Part shown: positions 1 to 11,031 of the stretch, piece after piece
Position numbering within the stretch: the stretch's first letter is position 1
How the letters are laid out: each line of letters opens with the position of its first letter
Source of the DNA: an uncultured Clostridia bacterium
GTDB lineage: Bacteria > Bacillota > Clostridia > Christensenellales > UBA1242
Direction: 5' to 3'
DNA: 64,000 nt
Assembly (NCBI GenBank): GCA_947627545.1
Contig: CANQWK010000001.1
Span: 81,554 to 145,553 of the forward strand
Notes under the pieces: model-generated
What the model saw: only the letters and a program-made list of their open reading frames with translations
Told to the model about the DNA's origin: nothing
Databases searched by the model: none
Made by a program: the position numbers and the translations under genes

Positions 1-432
1 AATGGATTTTCCGCCAGGAGCAGCGCACATATCTAAAACAAGTTCATCTCCACGAAATTTTAACGCATTTACTGTAAACATAGCACTAGCATCTTGCACA
101 TAAAACGCACCGGCATGATGTAAAGGGTGTTTACCAAGTTTTTCGTTTACATAAAAACCGCATTTTTCATAAGGAATTTGTTGTAAACTAAACGGATTAA
201 GGTTTTTAAACATGTTAGCATCAATTTTATTTTCATTAACAAAAATTGCCTTTTGTTCTGGCTGTGTTAAACTAGTTATAAAAGCGGAATAGTCATCTTT
301 TAAAATTTGTTGCATTCGGCTTAAAAAAACAGGATTTAATTGCTCCATAATATTAGTTAATTCTGCGTTGATGCAGTTAGAATTGAAATCCTTTTTTACA
401 TTATTGATTTGTTTAAACTTATGTTTTTTCAT
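1..432 (-). CDS. RsmB/NOP2-family (RsmF-like) rRNA m5C methyltransferase, 5' part (runs off window)
   Basis: Manual translation: ...GKHPLHHAGAFYVQDASAM...GDELVLDMCAAPGGKSI. ATG at 432 follows TGcTATAAT by 6 nt; alternative ATG at 348. Confidence 0.88.
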   Translation of the reverse strand, partial: MKKHKFKQINNVKKDFNSNCINAELTNIMEQLNPVFLSRMQQILKDDYSAFITSLTQPEQKAIFVNENKIDANMFKNLNPFSLQQIPYEKCGFYVNEKLGKHPLHHAGAFYVQDASAMFTVNALKFRGDELVLDMCAAPGGKSI

Positions 433-548
433 TTATATATTATAGCAAATTATTTATAAAAATTAAAAAAATAAAAAAATTACTAGTTTTTGTTGATTTT
501 TTATAAAAATTTAATTAAACTAATAAAAAAGCATAAAAGGGGACAAAT

Positions 549-1292
549 ATGCGAAAATTAGAAATTATAAGGCAAAAACGCAGGTTTTATATGTTTAGCG
601 ACAAAACAAAAGATGCTGTTTTGGAAGTAAACAAATTTTTTGGCAAATACACTATGGGTTTTGAAGCCAAAATTAGCAAATTGTTCACATATTATGACAC
701 GCCTGAACACGATTTGCAAAAATCGAACATAGTTTTGTTTAAAACTCACATTGGCAAAACTTGTGAATTGAATATGTCAACCGAACGCGTTAGCAGCACA
801 AACTTATACGCTATACGATATAAAAGCAAACATTTCAGCATTCCAATAAAACCGCATGAAAGTCCGTTTAAATACAAAACCTTTTTAATTGAAAGTTTTA
901 AATCAATGTTTATGTCATCGCTTAATTTTGACCCTGAATTTTTATTAAAGCGATTGCGACCAGCCTATTTATTAGAAACTATAAGTCGAGAATATAGAAG
1001 CACGAACATAACCGGTTTAAAAATAACTTATTCCTTTGATAGTGATAAATACACAAATTGTGAAAACAAACAAGTTGCAAAAGCAAACATTTTAACAATA
1101 TATCAACATAGCAATGAGTTAACAGACGAAAGTTTTGAAGATGTTTTAGGCAAACTTGTGCATTATTGCAAAGAATTAACGCCAACAAACGAAACTAAAA
1201 TTATGATAGCACGCAAAATGACACGCACAAAACCGGTAGATTTAACAAAATTAAAAAACATAAAAGATAAAAAATCAAAAACACAAAAATAA
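549..1292 (+). CDS. Hypothetical protein, possibly degenerate CYTH-like domain
   Basis: 247 aa ORF with SD; YYDTPEHDL motif resembles CYTH N-terminus. Confidence 0.45.
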   Translation: MRKLEIIRQKRRFYMFSDKTKDAVLEVNKFFGKYTMGFEAKISKLFTYYDTPEHDLQKSNIVLFKTHIGKTCELNMSTERVSSTNLYAIRYKSKHFSIPIKPHESPFKYKTFLIESFKSMFMSSLNFDPEFLLKRLRPAYLLETISREYRSTNITGLKITYSFDSDKYTNCENKQVAKANILTIYQHSNELTDESFEDVLGKLVHYCKELTPTNETKIMIARKMTRTKPVDLTKLKNIKDKKSKTQK

Positions 1293-1293
1293 A

Positions 1294-1320
1294 AAGAAGA
1301 GGAATTATTCCTCTTCTTTA
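1294..1320. terminator. Bidirectional intrinsic terminator between convergent genes
   Basis: aaagaagaggaat-t-attcctcttcttt inverted repeat with A/T tails. Confidence 0.7.
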
Positions 1321-2690
1321 TTTGTTTCGTTTGACGGAATGTCGGCATCTAAATATTTTCCAACCATTTCATCTTCAACCATTTCTAAGTTATTGTTCAA
1401 ACGTAACCTAAATAGATAACTATTTGAACCAACTGTTTTGTAATAATATAAATAATCCCAATTGCAGTCAAAATAGGTAGTATTAAAATCTTCCACCTTT
1501 GCAATTTTAGCAATTTCTAGGTTTGAAGCGGTGTAATCTATGGTTTTAATGTAATTGTTGCCATCGTAATAAACTAAACTGCAATTTGAAAAGCCTATAA
1601 AATTAAAGCCGTCAGTATCTTCTATGGTTTTAGAAACGCAATCATTAGTCCACCATTTCCATTTTATTTCAATTTTATTGCCAGAAATGCCAATTAGCGC
1701 ATCTCCATCTTGAGAAAGATAATATTTTTCTTTAATTTGAATGTTGTTCCAGCATTCAATTGCTCCAGACACCGAACTATCTACTTTACTATACATTAGG
1801 TTTGTGCCACCGCCATGTTGTTGGCTTTGAGTATAGAATAAATAGCCATTGCTAACAAATTTTAATGTTATTTCTTTTTCAAATTCAAATTCTTCATTTT
1901 CGCCGGTTATAACATTGTACCTATTAAGCAAAAATTTGTTGTTTTCGCTATCTTTTGTTGTATAGAAAATGTTTTCATGTGCGTTTGTAACATTTTCATC
2001 TGGCATAAGAACATCTGTTACATCGGTAGCAATTGTTTCTTCATTTTTGTTGCTTGCATTAACTCGCAATAAGCGGTTGTTGTCATCGTTGTTAACTTCT
2101 ATGCTATCTCCGCCCTCATAAGCTAGCAAATAAGTTTCATTATTATAACAATAATAAGCATATTTTAAATTAGAGTTTGACACTTCGCTTGTATATAACT
2201 TTTCAACTTTGCCCGAGTTGTTAAGTTTAATACGATAAAAATCCACCCTTGTTTTTGCCCATTTTTCGCCATCATCGGCAACATTTCTATCGGCTTCATT
2301 TTCTTGGTTAGGGCTAGCAAAATACAAATAATCTCCAAAAATATATAGATTAGTTGCTTCAAAACCACAAAGTTTGCTGCTAATTGTTCTATAATAATCA
2401 TCATTTAGCAAGCCTTCGCTATTTTGAACAAGGTTGCCGCCAGCATCAAGTTTTGCAACCATTAATGCACCAACAACATATTTATCGTTCTTTTTAACCA
2501 TATCGTTAGCCGATTGATAGCCATTTACAAAGTAAATATATTCGCCCTTTTGAACTACCAACCCACCATTACTATAAGTTGTTGCATTGCTGCTAGGATA
2601 AACAAAATTATCTTTTTTGCTGCACCCCACCGCACCAAAAGCAAAAACACATAAAATAAAGCAAATTAAAAATTTAGCAAATCTTTTCAT
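1305..2690 (-). CDS. Lipoprotein, DUF5050-like beta-propeller
   Basis: Lipobox AVGC; SNGGLVVQKGEYIYFVNG and repeated YLYF/YLYY strands. Confidence 0.6.
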   Translation of the reverse strand: MKRFAKFLICFILCVFAFGAVGCSKKDNFVYPSSNATTYSNGGLVVQKGEYIYFVNGYQSANDMVKKNDKYVVGALMVAKLDAGGNLVQNSEGLLNDDYYRTISSKLCGFEATNLYIFGDYLYFASPNQENEADRNVADDGEKWAKTRVDFYRIKLNNSGKVEKLYTSEVSNSNLKYAYYCYNNETYLLAYEGGDSIEVNNDDNNRLLRVNASNKNEETIATDVTDVLMPDENVTNAHENIFYTTKDSENNKFLLNRYNVITGENEEFEFEKEITLKFVSNGYLFYTQSQQHGGGTNLMYSKVDSSVSGAIECWNNIQIKEKYYLSQDGDALIGISGNKIEIKWKWWTNDCVSKTIEDTDGFNFIGFSNCSLVYYDGNNYIKTIDYTASNLEIAKIAKVEDFNTTYFDCNWDYLYYYKTVGSNSYLFRLRLNNNLEMVEDEMVGKYLDADIPSNETNKEEE

Positions 2691-2901
2691 TTCTTTCTCC
2701 AACTAATAAATTTAATTTTAGCATATTAATTTATAATTGTCAATTGTTTTAAAATGTTTGTGCATATTAATAATTGTCTAAAAAGCAAAAATTTAAACAA
2801 ATCTACAAAAAAGTTTAAAATTTAGCAAAAAATTATTTTTAAGTAATAATAAATACAAGTTTTTTGTCATAACCTAAAAATTTGCTTGCTATAATAGTTG
2901 T

Positions 2902-3966
2902 ATGAAAAGCAAAACAATTATTATTTCTTCTGCCAACAATACAGGCAGAGGAATTTTAACACTATACGAAGAAGATGACCTTTTAAAATGTAAATTGCGA
3001 TTGTACGGAGTTGAAAAATTAAATAAATTTGCAAAAATTGGGTTGTATAACAACAATGAAGTTTTTACAGCAAACCTATTAAATAAAGGCGGGGTTTATG
3101 AAACAAGTTTTGTTGGAAATTTTGATTTAAACAGTGATTTTTATTCTGCAATAATAAAAACGGACAACAATAACGAAGTTTTACTTTCGGGCGGAACTTA
3201 TGCAGGATTTTATTTTAACGATTTTATAGACGAAGAAATTAATGATAAATTAAAAAATTCTAATTTGTCTATTAACGAACAAGAAGAAGCAAATTATGAA
3301 AATACAGATAATAAAAAAACGCCAACCAAAGATGAAGATTGCGAAAAGTGCGCAACTTGTAAATATAAAGAATTTTTCTACAATTCAAACTTAGAATTGT
3401 TTAATGCGAACGCAAACAATAATGAAAATGAAAATAATTTTCAATGTGAGAATCTTAATGATTTTGAATTAAAAAATAATGAAAATTTAAATACAATTTC
3501 TAACAGAATTATTAAAAATGAAGAAAATTTAAACAAAATTTCAAATAATTTAGATAAAAATGAAGAAAATTTAAGTAAAACAACAAAAATTTTAGAAAAT
3601 GAAACTAACATTCCTACTAATGAAAATGAAAACAAAAAAAGCGGAATACCGTCTATTTTAGAACAAATAATTCCGCAATTTAATTACATTTTTAAAAATT
3701 ATCCGGAGAATGTAGAGCTTAATAATTTAATAAACAATTCTAAATTTGTTTGCATAAATGATAATGAATATTCGCTGGGTGCAATTTATGAAAATGAACA
3801 AATAAAATACATTTGTTATGCACTAAAAAGCAAATACAACACTCCCCCACCTGACGAACTTGGGAAACATAACCAATGGCTACCATTAGATAAAGACGAC
3901 CCATTAAGTGATGGCTATTATTTAGTTTTTCAAGATGCACTAGATTTAAAAATAATTGATGTTTAA
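2902..3966 (+). CDS. Hypothetical protein with Asn/Glu-rich repetitive linker
   Basis: 354 aa ORF; CEKCATC motif; NEENL repeats. Confidence 0.6.
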   Translation: MKSKTIIISSANNTGRGILTLYEEDDLLKCKLRLYGVEKLNKFAKIGLYNNNEVFTANLLNKGGVYETSFVGNFDLNSDFYSAIIKTDNNNEVLLSGGTYAGFYFNDFIDEEINDKLKNSNLSINEQEEANYENTDNKKTPTKDEDCEKCATCKYKEFFYNSNLELFNANANNNENENNFQCENLNDFELKNNENLNTISNRIIKNEENLNKISNNLDKNEENLSKTTKILENETNIPTNENENKKSGIPSILEQIIPQFNYIFKNYPENVELNNLINNSKFVCINDNEYSLGAIYENEQIKYICYALKSKYNTPPPDELGKHNQWLPLDKDDPLSDGYYLVFQDALDLKIIDV

Positions 3967-5051
3967 TAATCTTGTGTTTGCAAATAGGTTTCTCGTGATT
4001 CTTTTGTTATTTTTCCTAACTTTTTTGCAAAAATATTTAAATCTTGTTTAAAAACATCATCTAAACTTTCATCATCTAATAAATTTAATGCAAACACATA
4101 AAATTCTGCTAATTTTTCATACAAATTTTCACCATCTACTTCAAAACTTGTACTTAATAATAGTTTGTTGTTTTCAGTTATTTCTTGCACTTTTTTTGCC
4201 GTTTCTTGCATTTTTATATAATTTTTATAAAACCAAACTAAATTATCGTATTCTGGATTTAAATTTTCTAACTTTTCCAACAATTCTTCTTGAATTTTGT
4301 TGTAATCGTAAGTAGTAAATCCTCCCACAGTTTCAAGTAGTTGATTTGTTAATTTTTCAGCATCTATGTTACCATAAATTTTGTTGGAACGATTTATTTT
4401 TTCTGTAATTAAATTTTCATCTATTACCTTAGAGGTTAAATATTTCATAACAACGCAACCTCTATATGCTTTTAAAATGTCTAAATCATTTTCAAAATCA
4501 TATTCGGCATACTTATTTTTAAAATTAATTGAATTTTTTATATATAAATTTTCCGTGTTTGCAAAATACATTATCCAAGCAGTTGCCGCGTAATTTACAA
4601 CCTCTTTTAATGGTTTTATAGTGTTAACTTTTGCCTTTAATGTGCGCCTGGATTTATCAAATTGTTCAATCAATTGATTTTCGGCATAATTTATTGAAGT
4701 TAAAATATCATCAAGGTTCTCTTTTTTTAATTTTAAGTCTATAAACTCAGGGATTGGTTTAATTGGAGTATAATTTGAATAGAACTCTGCCGACATTTGC
4801 CTGTAAAAAGAATAAACAGCGTTAGAAAACCTTAAAAATTTTGTCCATTCCCAATAATCTAAACTAGAATTTGAAAATTTCTCTCTATTTTTAATGTAAA
4901 AATCTTCATCAAAGCAATCGGGTATGATAAACTTTACTGTTTCAGGCTTTGAAATAGGAGTTGTAACATTCTTTGCAGGTTTTTTCCAATTACTTGCAGA
5001 ATAATTATTAACATCATCTCTATCGCCACCGTTGTAATAAAAATTTGCCAT
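3963..5051 (-). CDS. Hypothetical protein
   Basis: 362 aa ORF with GGGG SD. Confidence 0.6.
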   Translation of the reverse strand: MANFYYNGGDRDDVNNYSASNWKKPAKNVTTPISKPETVKFIIPDCFDEDFYIKNREKFSNSSLDYWEWTKFLRFSNAVYSFYRQMSAEFYSNYTPIKPIPEFIDLKLKKENLDDILTSINYAENQLIEQFDKSRRTLKAKVNTIKPLKEVVNYAATAWIMYFANTENLYIKNSINFKNKYAEYDFENDLDILKAYRGCVVMKYLTSKVIDENLITEKINRSNKIYGNIDAEKLTNQLLETVGGFTTYDYNKIQEELLEKLENLNPEYDNLVWFYKNYIKMQETAKKVQEITENNKLLLSTSFEVDGENLYEKLAEFYVFALNLLDDESLDDVFKQDLNIFAKKLGKITKESRETYLQTQDY

Positions 5052-5248
5052 AATTCCCCCTTAGTAATTTCGACATATTTTAGCAAAAAATTTAAAAAAA
5101 TCAACTTATTTTATTAAAATTTTGTTAAATTACGCTGTTTTTATTTAAAATTTTATATTTTTTTGCGTTTTATTTAAAAATTTTATATTTTTACTTTTTA
5201 GTATGTTTAAATTTTTGGGTTTTATTATTTCTAATTATTCAATTTGGG

Positions 5249-6355
5249 TTAACTTTTGGCGGACGATTTAAACTTTACAAGTTCATTAATTCTGCCGCCA
5301 CCATAACACATTCCGTCTTCAGCATATAGAACAGCAAACTGTCCCACTGCTACCGCCTTTTGTTTTGTTGCAAAATTTAATTTTAATGTGGTGTGGTTTA
5401 TAACCTCTACATCAACATCAATGTCTGGTTGACGATATCTTAGTTTTGCTTTCGCTTTAAAGTTTTCTGTTTGTTCATCGGCAATCCAATTAAATTCGGT
5501 TACATAGCAAGCGGTTGAATAAAGTGCATCATCATCTCCTGCTGTTACATATAAAATGTTCTTTTTAACATCTTTATCTACAACCGCCCACCTACCTTCA
5601 TAGCCGTTTTTACCGCCTAAATTTAAACCTTTACTTTGGCCAATTGTGTAATACATAACTCCGTCATGTTCGCCAAGTTTGTTACCGTGTAAATCTAATA
5701 TATCTCCTTTTTTGGCAGGAAGGTAATTTTTTAAAAAGTTTTTAAAGTTGCGTTCGCCTATAAAACATATTCCTGTGCTATCTTTTTTTTCAGCCGTAAC
5801 TAAATCTAACTTTTTTGCAATTTTTCTTACTTCGGTTTTGTCTATATCGGCAAGAGGAAACAAAGTTTTGTTAAGTTGATTTTGGTTAAGTTGATTTAAA
5901 AAATATGTTTGGTCCTTTAATTTATCGTGCGATTTATACAAATACGCTTTACCATTTCTATCTACTCGCTTGCAATAATGTCCGGTTGCAATGTAATCCG
6001 CGCCTAAGCTTATTGCGTGTTGCAAAAATGGACCAAATTTAATTTCTCGGTTACATAGCACATCAGGGTTAGGCGTGTAGCCTTTTTTATATTCGTCTAG
6101 CAAATAACTAAACACTTTTTCATTATATTCTTTTGCATAATTTACCGTATAATATGGAATTCCAATTTTGTTTGCCACTCGCTTAACATCTTCAAAGTCC
6201 GCTTCGGCAGAGCAATTGCCGTTGGGGTCGGTTTCTTCCCAATTAAGCATAAAAAGACCAACAACATTATACCCCTGTTGTTTTAATAAATATGCCGCCA
6301 CCGAGCTATCCACTCCGCCCGAAAGCCCCACTACAACTGTTTTTTGTTTTTCCAT
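5249..6355 (-). CDS. mnmA: tRNA-specific 2-thiouridylase MnmA
   Basis: SGGVDS, TPNPDVLCNREIKF, ATGHY, KDQTYFL, KKDSTGICFIGE. Confidence 0.97.
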   Translation of the reverse strand: MEKQKTVVVGLSGGVDSSVAAYLLKQQGYNVVGLFMLNWEETDPNGNCSAEADFEDVKRVANKIGIPYYTVNYAKEYNEKVFSYLLDEYKKGYTPNPDVLCNREIKFGPFLQHAISLGADYIATGHYCKRVDRNGKAYLYKSHDKLKDQTYFLNQLNQNQLNKTLFPLADIDKTEVRKIAKKLDLVTAEKKDSTGICFIGERNFKNFLKNYLPAKKGDILDLHGNKLGEHDGVMYYTIGQSKGLNLGGKNGYEGRWAVVDKDVKKNILYVTAGDDDALYSTACYVTEFNWIADEQTENFKAKAKLRYRQPDIDVDVEVINHTTLKLNFATKQKAVAVGQFAVLYAEDGMCYGGGRINELVKFKSSAKS

Positions 6356-6517
6356 GTTAATTTTTTATTCCTTTTATATAAAAACTATATTATAATTTTG
6401 AAAATCAAATACTTTTTGCAAACTTTCTAATATTATAAACTGTTATTTCTGCCTTAACTTACTTATAATTTAAAACGAAATTCTACCATATAAAACTTGC
6501 TGAAAATTAAAACTAAA

Positions 6518-6994
6518 TTAAACTCTTGGCAAACTTACTGGTATTTTAAAACTATTAAAACACACCTTTGCAATATCTATTAACCACATAAAAATTGCTA
6601 TTCCCCAAACCATTACCAGCAAATAAAATATTTGATACCAATCTCCTGACAAATTTAATTTTAACACTGTGGTTATTATTGCATTTATAACTCCTACACA
6701 AAAGAAAACGCTAAAAAATATGCCCATTTTTATTCTGCCAACATAATAATAATGCGCACCTGTAAAACCTAAAAATATTGTCAACAAAACTAAAACCGAT
6801 TTTTTTACATCGTTAGGACAACCTTTTCTATAAAGCACTCTATCAGTTTCGCCTTGTTTTAATGCTTCTTTAGCTTCGCCGTTTGTTGCAAGTTCAAATT
6901 TTTGATATTTAAGTTGACAATTTGGACATATTGTAATTTCTTTTGGCACTTTAAAGTTGCATCTAGGACAGCGTTTATTATTTAATTTTAACAT
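6518..6994 (-). CDS. Zinc-ribbon + TM2-domain membrane protein
   Basis: CPRC..CPNC; LTIFLGFTGAHYYYVG TM2 motif. Confidence 0.8.
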   Translation of the reverse strand: MLKLNNKRCPRCNFKVPKEITICPNCQLKYQKFELATNGEAKEALKQGETDRVLYRKGCPNDVKKSVLVLLTIFLGFTGAHYYYVGRIKMGIFFSVFFCVGVINAIITTVLKLNLSGDWYQIFYLLVMVWGIAIFMWLIDIAKVCFNSFKIPVSLPRV

Positions 6995-7316
6995 ATATTT
7001 ATTATATCATATATTATTAGATTTTTCAAGTATTTTATAATTTATTACAGCGTAGCATTTTTAGTCTATTTTTAATAAACTCAACCTTAAATTTAATTTT
7101 TTATTAAACGAAACTTAATTTTTTTAATCAAACCCTTTAAAAATATTTTTAAATTATACCTTTAACTTAATTTATTAAACACAAACGTTAAAAACAAATT
7201 TTATTATTTAAAATTAAAATAAGACAAATTTTTACAAAACAAGCCAAAATAACAATCCATTTATGTTTGTTTTAATTATTTTATTGTTTTAATCTAATTG
7301 TGTATTAGGGGGAATT

Positions 7317-7655
7317 ATGAGAAGAAAAATTAAAGGTAAATTATATTATTTAGCCAGAGACGCTAAAAGCAGAATGAGAAATTACAACAAAGGCAAATCG
7401 TTTTTTGAACAATTGCCATATGCCAAACTTTCGTTAGGCGTGCAAGAACAAGAACTTTATGAGCGAGTTAAACGCCTTTTAACTAGAGATGAAATTGTTA
7501 TTAATCCTATTCAAGAATTGATAGATAAAAAATATTATAGCACTCTATCAGGCGATGCCAAACAAAAATACATATTCGATTTAACAGAAAAATATAAAGA
7601 ATTAAAAACTCGTTTTGAGCGTGAGCAGCAAGAAAATATTGCAGTTGGAATTTAA
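7317..7655 (+). CDS. Hypothetical protein
   Basis: 112 aa ORF with GGGGG SD. Confidence 0.6.
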   Translation: MRRKIKGKLYYLARDAKSRMRNYNKGKSFFEQLPYAKLSLGVQEQELYERVKRLLTRDEIVINPIQELIDKKYYSTLSGDAKQKYIFDLTEKYKELKTRFEREQQENIAVGI

Positions 7656-7803
7656 AAAACATTGTTAAAATTAAAACGCATTTTAAAAAAAAGATAATTT
7701 TTATATTAAATTGCATATTTTAAATAAAAAAATGCGAGTTTTTTAACAAAAAACTGTAATTTTAAATAAAAAAAGCAATTTTGAGTATTTTTGTAAAAAA
7801 GTG

Positions 7804-7832
7804 TTGACTTTTGTAAAAAAATAAACTACAAT
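7804..7832 (+). promoter_or_regulatory. SigA-type promoter, probably producing a leaderless mRNA
   Basis: TTGACT-17-TACAAT, with ATG 6 nt downstream. Confidence 0.6.
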
Positions 7833-7838
7833 AGAAAA

Positions 7839-8252
7839 ATGTGCAGTTTATACATTCAAACAAAAGCGGAAAATGACTATGAAATTTTACAAGCAATTAA
7901 AGATTACGTTGACATAGAGTACCCTGTTATAAATGGCAGTGTGGAAGATAATGTTAAAGCAATTTGTGTTGCCAGATTATGCAAAGCGATAGGCATTAAT
8001 TGTGCCTATAATTTCAAAAATACATTTTTTGATTTTTTTTCGTGCATTATGGGCGAAGTTATTGTAAACAAGTTAGGCATAAAAATTAAAATTGACAATT
8101 ACAATCTTAAATATGCCAAATTTGAAGATGTAAATATTATTTACACTGCAAGTATGTTGCTAGAAAACCCTAATTTAGACGAAGCATTTATAGATGTTTA
8201 TAATTTGGCAGACAAATTTAAGCATATTATAACCAAATTAAAAAAAGTTTAG
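7839..8252 (+). CDS. Hypothetical protein
   Basis: 137 aa ORF. Confidence 0.55.
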   Translation: MCSLYIQTKAENDYEILQAIKDYVDIEYPVINGSVEDNVKAICVARLCKAIGINCAYNFKNTFFDFFSCIMGEVIVNKLGIKIKIDNYNLKYAKFEDVNIIYTASMLLENPNLDEAFIDVYNLADKFKHIITKLKKV

Positions 8253-8260
8253 CTGTTGCA

Positions 8261-8947
8261 CTAAACTTTTTTTGCTATAATATCGCTTGTTATTGCATCA
8301 ATTAGAATGCCATATGTTTGGCCATCTACTCCAATTACGCCAACATACCAATAATAACTTTTAACTTCGCTAGATGAATAATCTTTTACAATTTTCATAA
8401 CCACTTCAAAGTCGGTTTTATTTTTTGCTAAATTTTGTAATTCATTGCTTAATTCAGCGTTAGCAACTTTTAAAGCAGCATCTTTATCTACTGCGAAATC
8501 TCCAACCGTATTTTCTAGTTGGCTAGAAAAACTAACTCCGTCAAAATTCAACTGAACGCTAACAACCGAATTATCATCTGCTCTTACGCCACAATCTGCT
8601 GAAAATGTGTTATCGTAACCGCTAGCTTTTAATTCGCCTGACAAAATTTGGTCATTAATTGTTAAAGTATAATTACATTGTGTTATTGCAAGTGGATTAT
8701 GGTCCAGCCTTGATAAAGTTAGCACGCCGAAATCAATCATATTGTTTTTAACTCCGTCAAGAGCGTAATTTTCTTCTCTTAAACCGGTTGAAAATGTTAC
8801 ACAATATGTATCGTTTTGAGCAACAAACAAATTGCAGCGTTCTTCAATTACATAGTCATCTATAACGACATTTGTGGTTTTTTTGCAGGCTGTAAAAGCC
8901 AAAAGCGAAAATGCCAACATAGCAAAACATAAAATTTTCTTTTTCAT
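8261..8947 (-). CDS. Hypothetical lipoprotein
   Basis: MKKKIL...LLAFTAC lipobox; GAGGTG SD before ATG 8947. Confidence 0.7.
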   Translation of the reverse strand: MKKKILCFAMLAFSLLAFTACKKTTNVVIDDYVIEERCNLFVAQNDTYCVTFSTGLREENYALDGVKNNMIDFGVLTLSRLDHNPLAITQCNYTLTINDQILSGELKASGYDNTFSADCGVRADDNSVVSVQLNFDGVSFSSQLENTVGDFAVDKDAALKVANAELSNELQNLAKNKTDFEVVMKIVKDYSSSEVKSYYWYVGVIGVDGQTYGILIDAITSDIIAKKV

Positions 8948-9032
8948 AAACACCTCATATAATTTTATTAGCTTGACCCAGCAATTAGAACAATCAGTTG
9001 ACAAACAAAATTAAAAATTTTAAACTATTTTT

Positions 9033-9887
9033 GTGAATTGTGCAATTTGTCCGCGAAAATGCAATATAAATAGAGCAAAAAACCTTGGATTTTGCGGAGT
9101 TAAAGAAAAAATTAAAATAAGTAAAGTTATGTTGCACCAGTTTGAAGAGCCTATAATAAGCGTAAACAAAGGCAGTGGTGCAATATTTTTTGCCGGTTGC
9201 AATTTGAAATGTGTTTTTTGCCAGAATTATAAAATAAGCCATAAACTAAAAGGCAAATATATAAGCATAAAAAAATTGGCTAATATCTTTAAAAAATTAG
9301 AAAAAAAGGGAGCAACAAATATCAATCTTGTTACTCCAACCCATTACACCACTCAAATTATTGACGCATTAAAAATATATAAGCCAAAAATTCCTGTTGT
9401 TTGGAACAGCAGCGGCTACGAAACACCGCAAACAATAGAAATTTTAAAAGATTTTATTGATGTTTATTTGGTGGATTTAAAATATTTTTCCAATCAACTT
9501 GCGTTAAAATATAGTAAAGCAGGCGATTATTTTGAAAACGCCAGCGCATCAATTATTCAAATGAAAAAAAATCAACCAAAAGATATTATTGAAAATGGAA
9601 TTATAAAAAAAGGCATAATTATCCGCCACCTAGTTTTGCCTAGCCACACTGACGACAGCATAAAGTGTTTAAATTTTATTGAAAATAATTTAGGCACAAA
9701 TACAATTGTAAGCATAATGAGCCAATATGAGCCAACATACGAAGCGGTTAATTACCCTGAAATTAATAAAAAAATAACTCCGCTTGAATATAAGCGAGTG
9801 GTGAACTACGCCATTAATTTAGGATTAAAAAATGCTTATGTTCAGGAACTTTCTAGTGCAAGTTCAATTTACACTCCAAAATTTTAA
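9033..9887 (+). CDS. Radical SAM protein, PflX-like (putative pyruvate formate-lyase activating enzyme family)
   Basis: CAICPRKC N-terminus; GSGAIFFAGCNLKCVFCQN; NINLVTPTH; IIRHLVLP. Confidence 0.88.
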   Translation: MNCAICPRKCNINRAKNLGFCGVKEKIKISKVMLHQFEEPIISVNKGSGAIFFAGCNLKCVFCQNYKISHKLKGKYISIKKLANIFKKLEKKGATNINLVTPTHYTTQIIDALKIYKPKIPVVWNSSGYETPQTIEILKDFIDVYLVDLKYFSNQLALKYSKAGDYFENASASIIQMKKNQPKDIIENGIIKKGIIIRHLVLPSHTDDSIKCLNFIENNLGTNTIVSIMSQYEPTYEAVNYPEINKKITPLEYKRVVNYAINLGLKNAYVQELSSASSIYTPKF

Positions 9888-10047
9888 ATTAGAAAACATC
9901 AAAATTTAAAAACATTAAAATTTTACTAAGTGTTAAATTTTTAATAAATGTTAAATCTTAATAATGCAGTTAAATTTAAAAAAAATTTTATTTTTACAAA
10001 AAAAATGAGCAATTTGCCCATTTTTTGTTTTTTTAATTAAGTTGAGT

Positions 10048-10470
10048 TTAATATTTATTAATTCTTCTTATATGCCTGCCTCCCTCAAACTCACTTTTTA
10101 AAAACATTTTAACAATTTTAATGCACGCCCTAAAGCTTGTTAATCTTGCCCCCAAAGTAAGCACATTTGCATCTTCATCTTTGCGCGCCAAAAAAGCAGA
10201 AACTGTATCCAATGCACACACTGCCCTTATGCCCTTTTGCCTATTTGCCACAATGTTTGCACCAATTCCACTGCCACAAATAAAAATGCCAATATTATCT
10301 TTACTCTTTAACACTTCGCTAGTGGCTGGAGCAATAAAATCCGGATAGTCATCTTCTTTATTAAATTCTGTCGGACCCATGTATTTATATTCAATGTTAT
10401 TCTTTTTAAAAAACTGCATAAGTTTTTGTGAATAATCAAAGCCTGCATGGTCGCAAGAAATTATAATCAT
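10048..10470 (-). CDS. rpiB: Ribose-5-phosphate isomerase B (RpiB/LacA/LacB family)
   Basis: DHAG, DDYPD, CGSGIG, ANVLTLGAR, FEGGRHIRR. Confidence 0.92.
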   Translation of the reverse strand: MIIISCDHAGFDYSQKLMQFFKKNNIEYKYMGPTEFNKEDDYPDFIAPATSEVLKSKDNIGIFICGSGIGANIVANRQKGIRAVCALDTVSAFLARKDEDANVLTLGARLTSFRACIKIVKMFLKSEFEGGRHIRRINKY

Positions 10471-10490
10471 AGTTTCTCCTTAAAACACTG

Positions 10491-10937
10491 TTAATTTTTA
10501 AATTCATGCCCACATTTTTCACAAAATTTTGCATTGCCACTATTTTTTGTTTTACATTCTGGGCAGGTTTTTAGCCCTAAACCGGTTTCTTGTTTTGCAC
10601 CACAATGTTCACAATATTCGGCGTGTTTTGTAATAACCCTTCCGCATTTATCACACAACCTTACATTAGCTGTGCCTTGTATGGTTGAATCTTTAACCGA
10701 TTTCCAACTGTTGATTAAACTAAATGAAAGCATTAAAAAGAATATTCCAATCATGCCAATAATAAAAGCAAAAATACAAGCAATCACAATAATTACATAT
10801 TTTGCCCAATGCGACATGTTTAAAACCGCATAAATTCCGCCAAAAATACTTCCGCCTGCCAACGCTAAACAGCAAACAGCAAGCAAAATGAACATAAATT
10901 TTCCATATCTGGTTGTTCTATTTGATAATAATGCCAT
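10491..10937 (-). CDS. Membrane protein with double zinc ribbon
   Basis: Two TM segments and four CxxC pairs. Confidence 0.8.
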   Translation of the reverse strand: MALLSNRTTRYGKFMFILLAVCCLALAGGSIFGGIYAVLNMSHWAKYVIIVIACIFAFIIGMIGIFFLMLSFSLINSWKSVKDSTIQGTANVRLCDKCGRVITKHAEYCEHCGAKQETGLGLKTCPECKTKNSGNAKFCEKCGHEFKN

Positions 10938-11031
10938 AATTTTCTCCTATTTAAATTATTGTTTCTTTTCTATTACTTTTTTGCAAGAAAAGTAACAAAA
11001 GAAAAGTTAAAAATTTTATATTTTAATCTTA

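Noticed and set aside
3420-3630. NEENL-type repeats in ORF 2902-3966 as a functional DNA repeat
   Set aside because: In-frame low-complexity protein linker.
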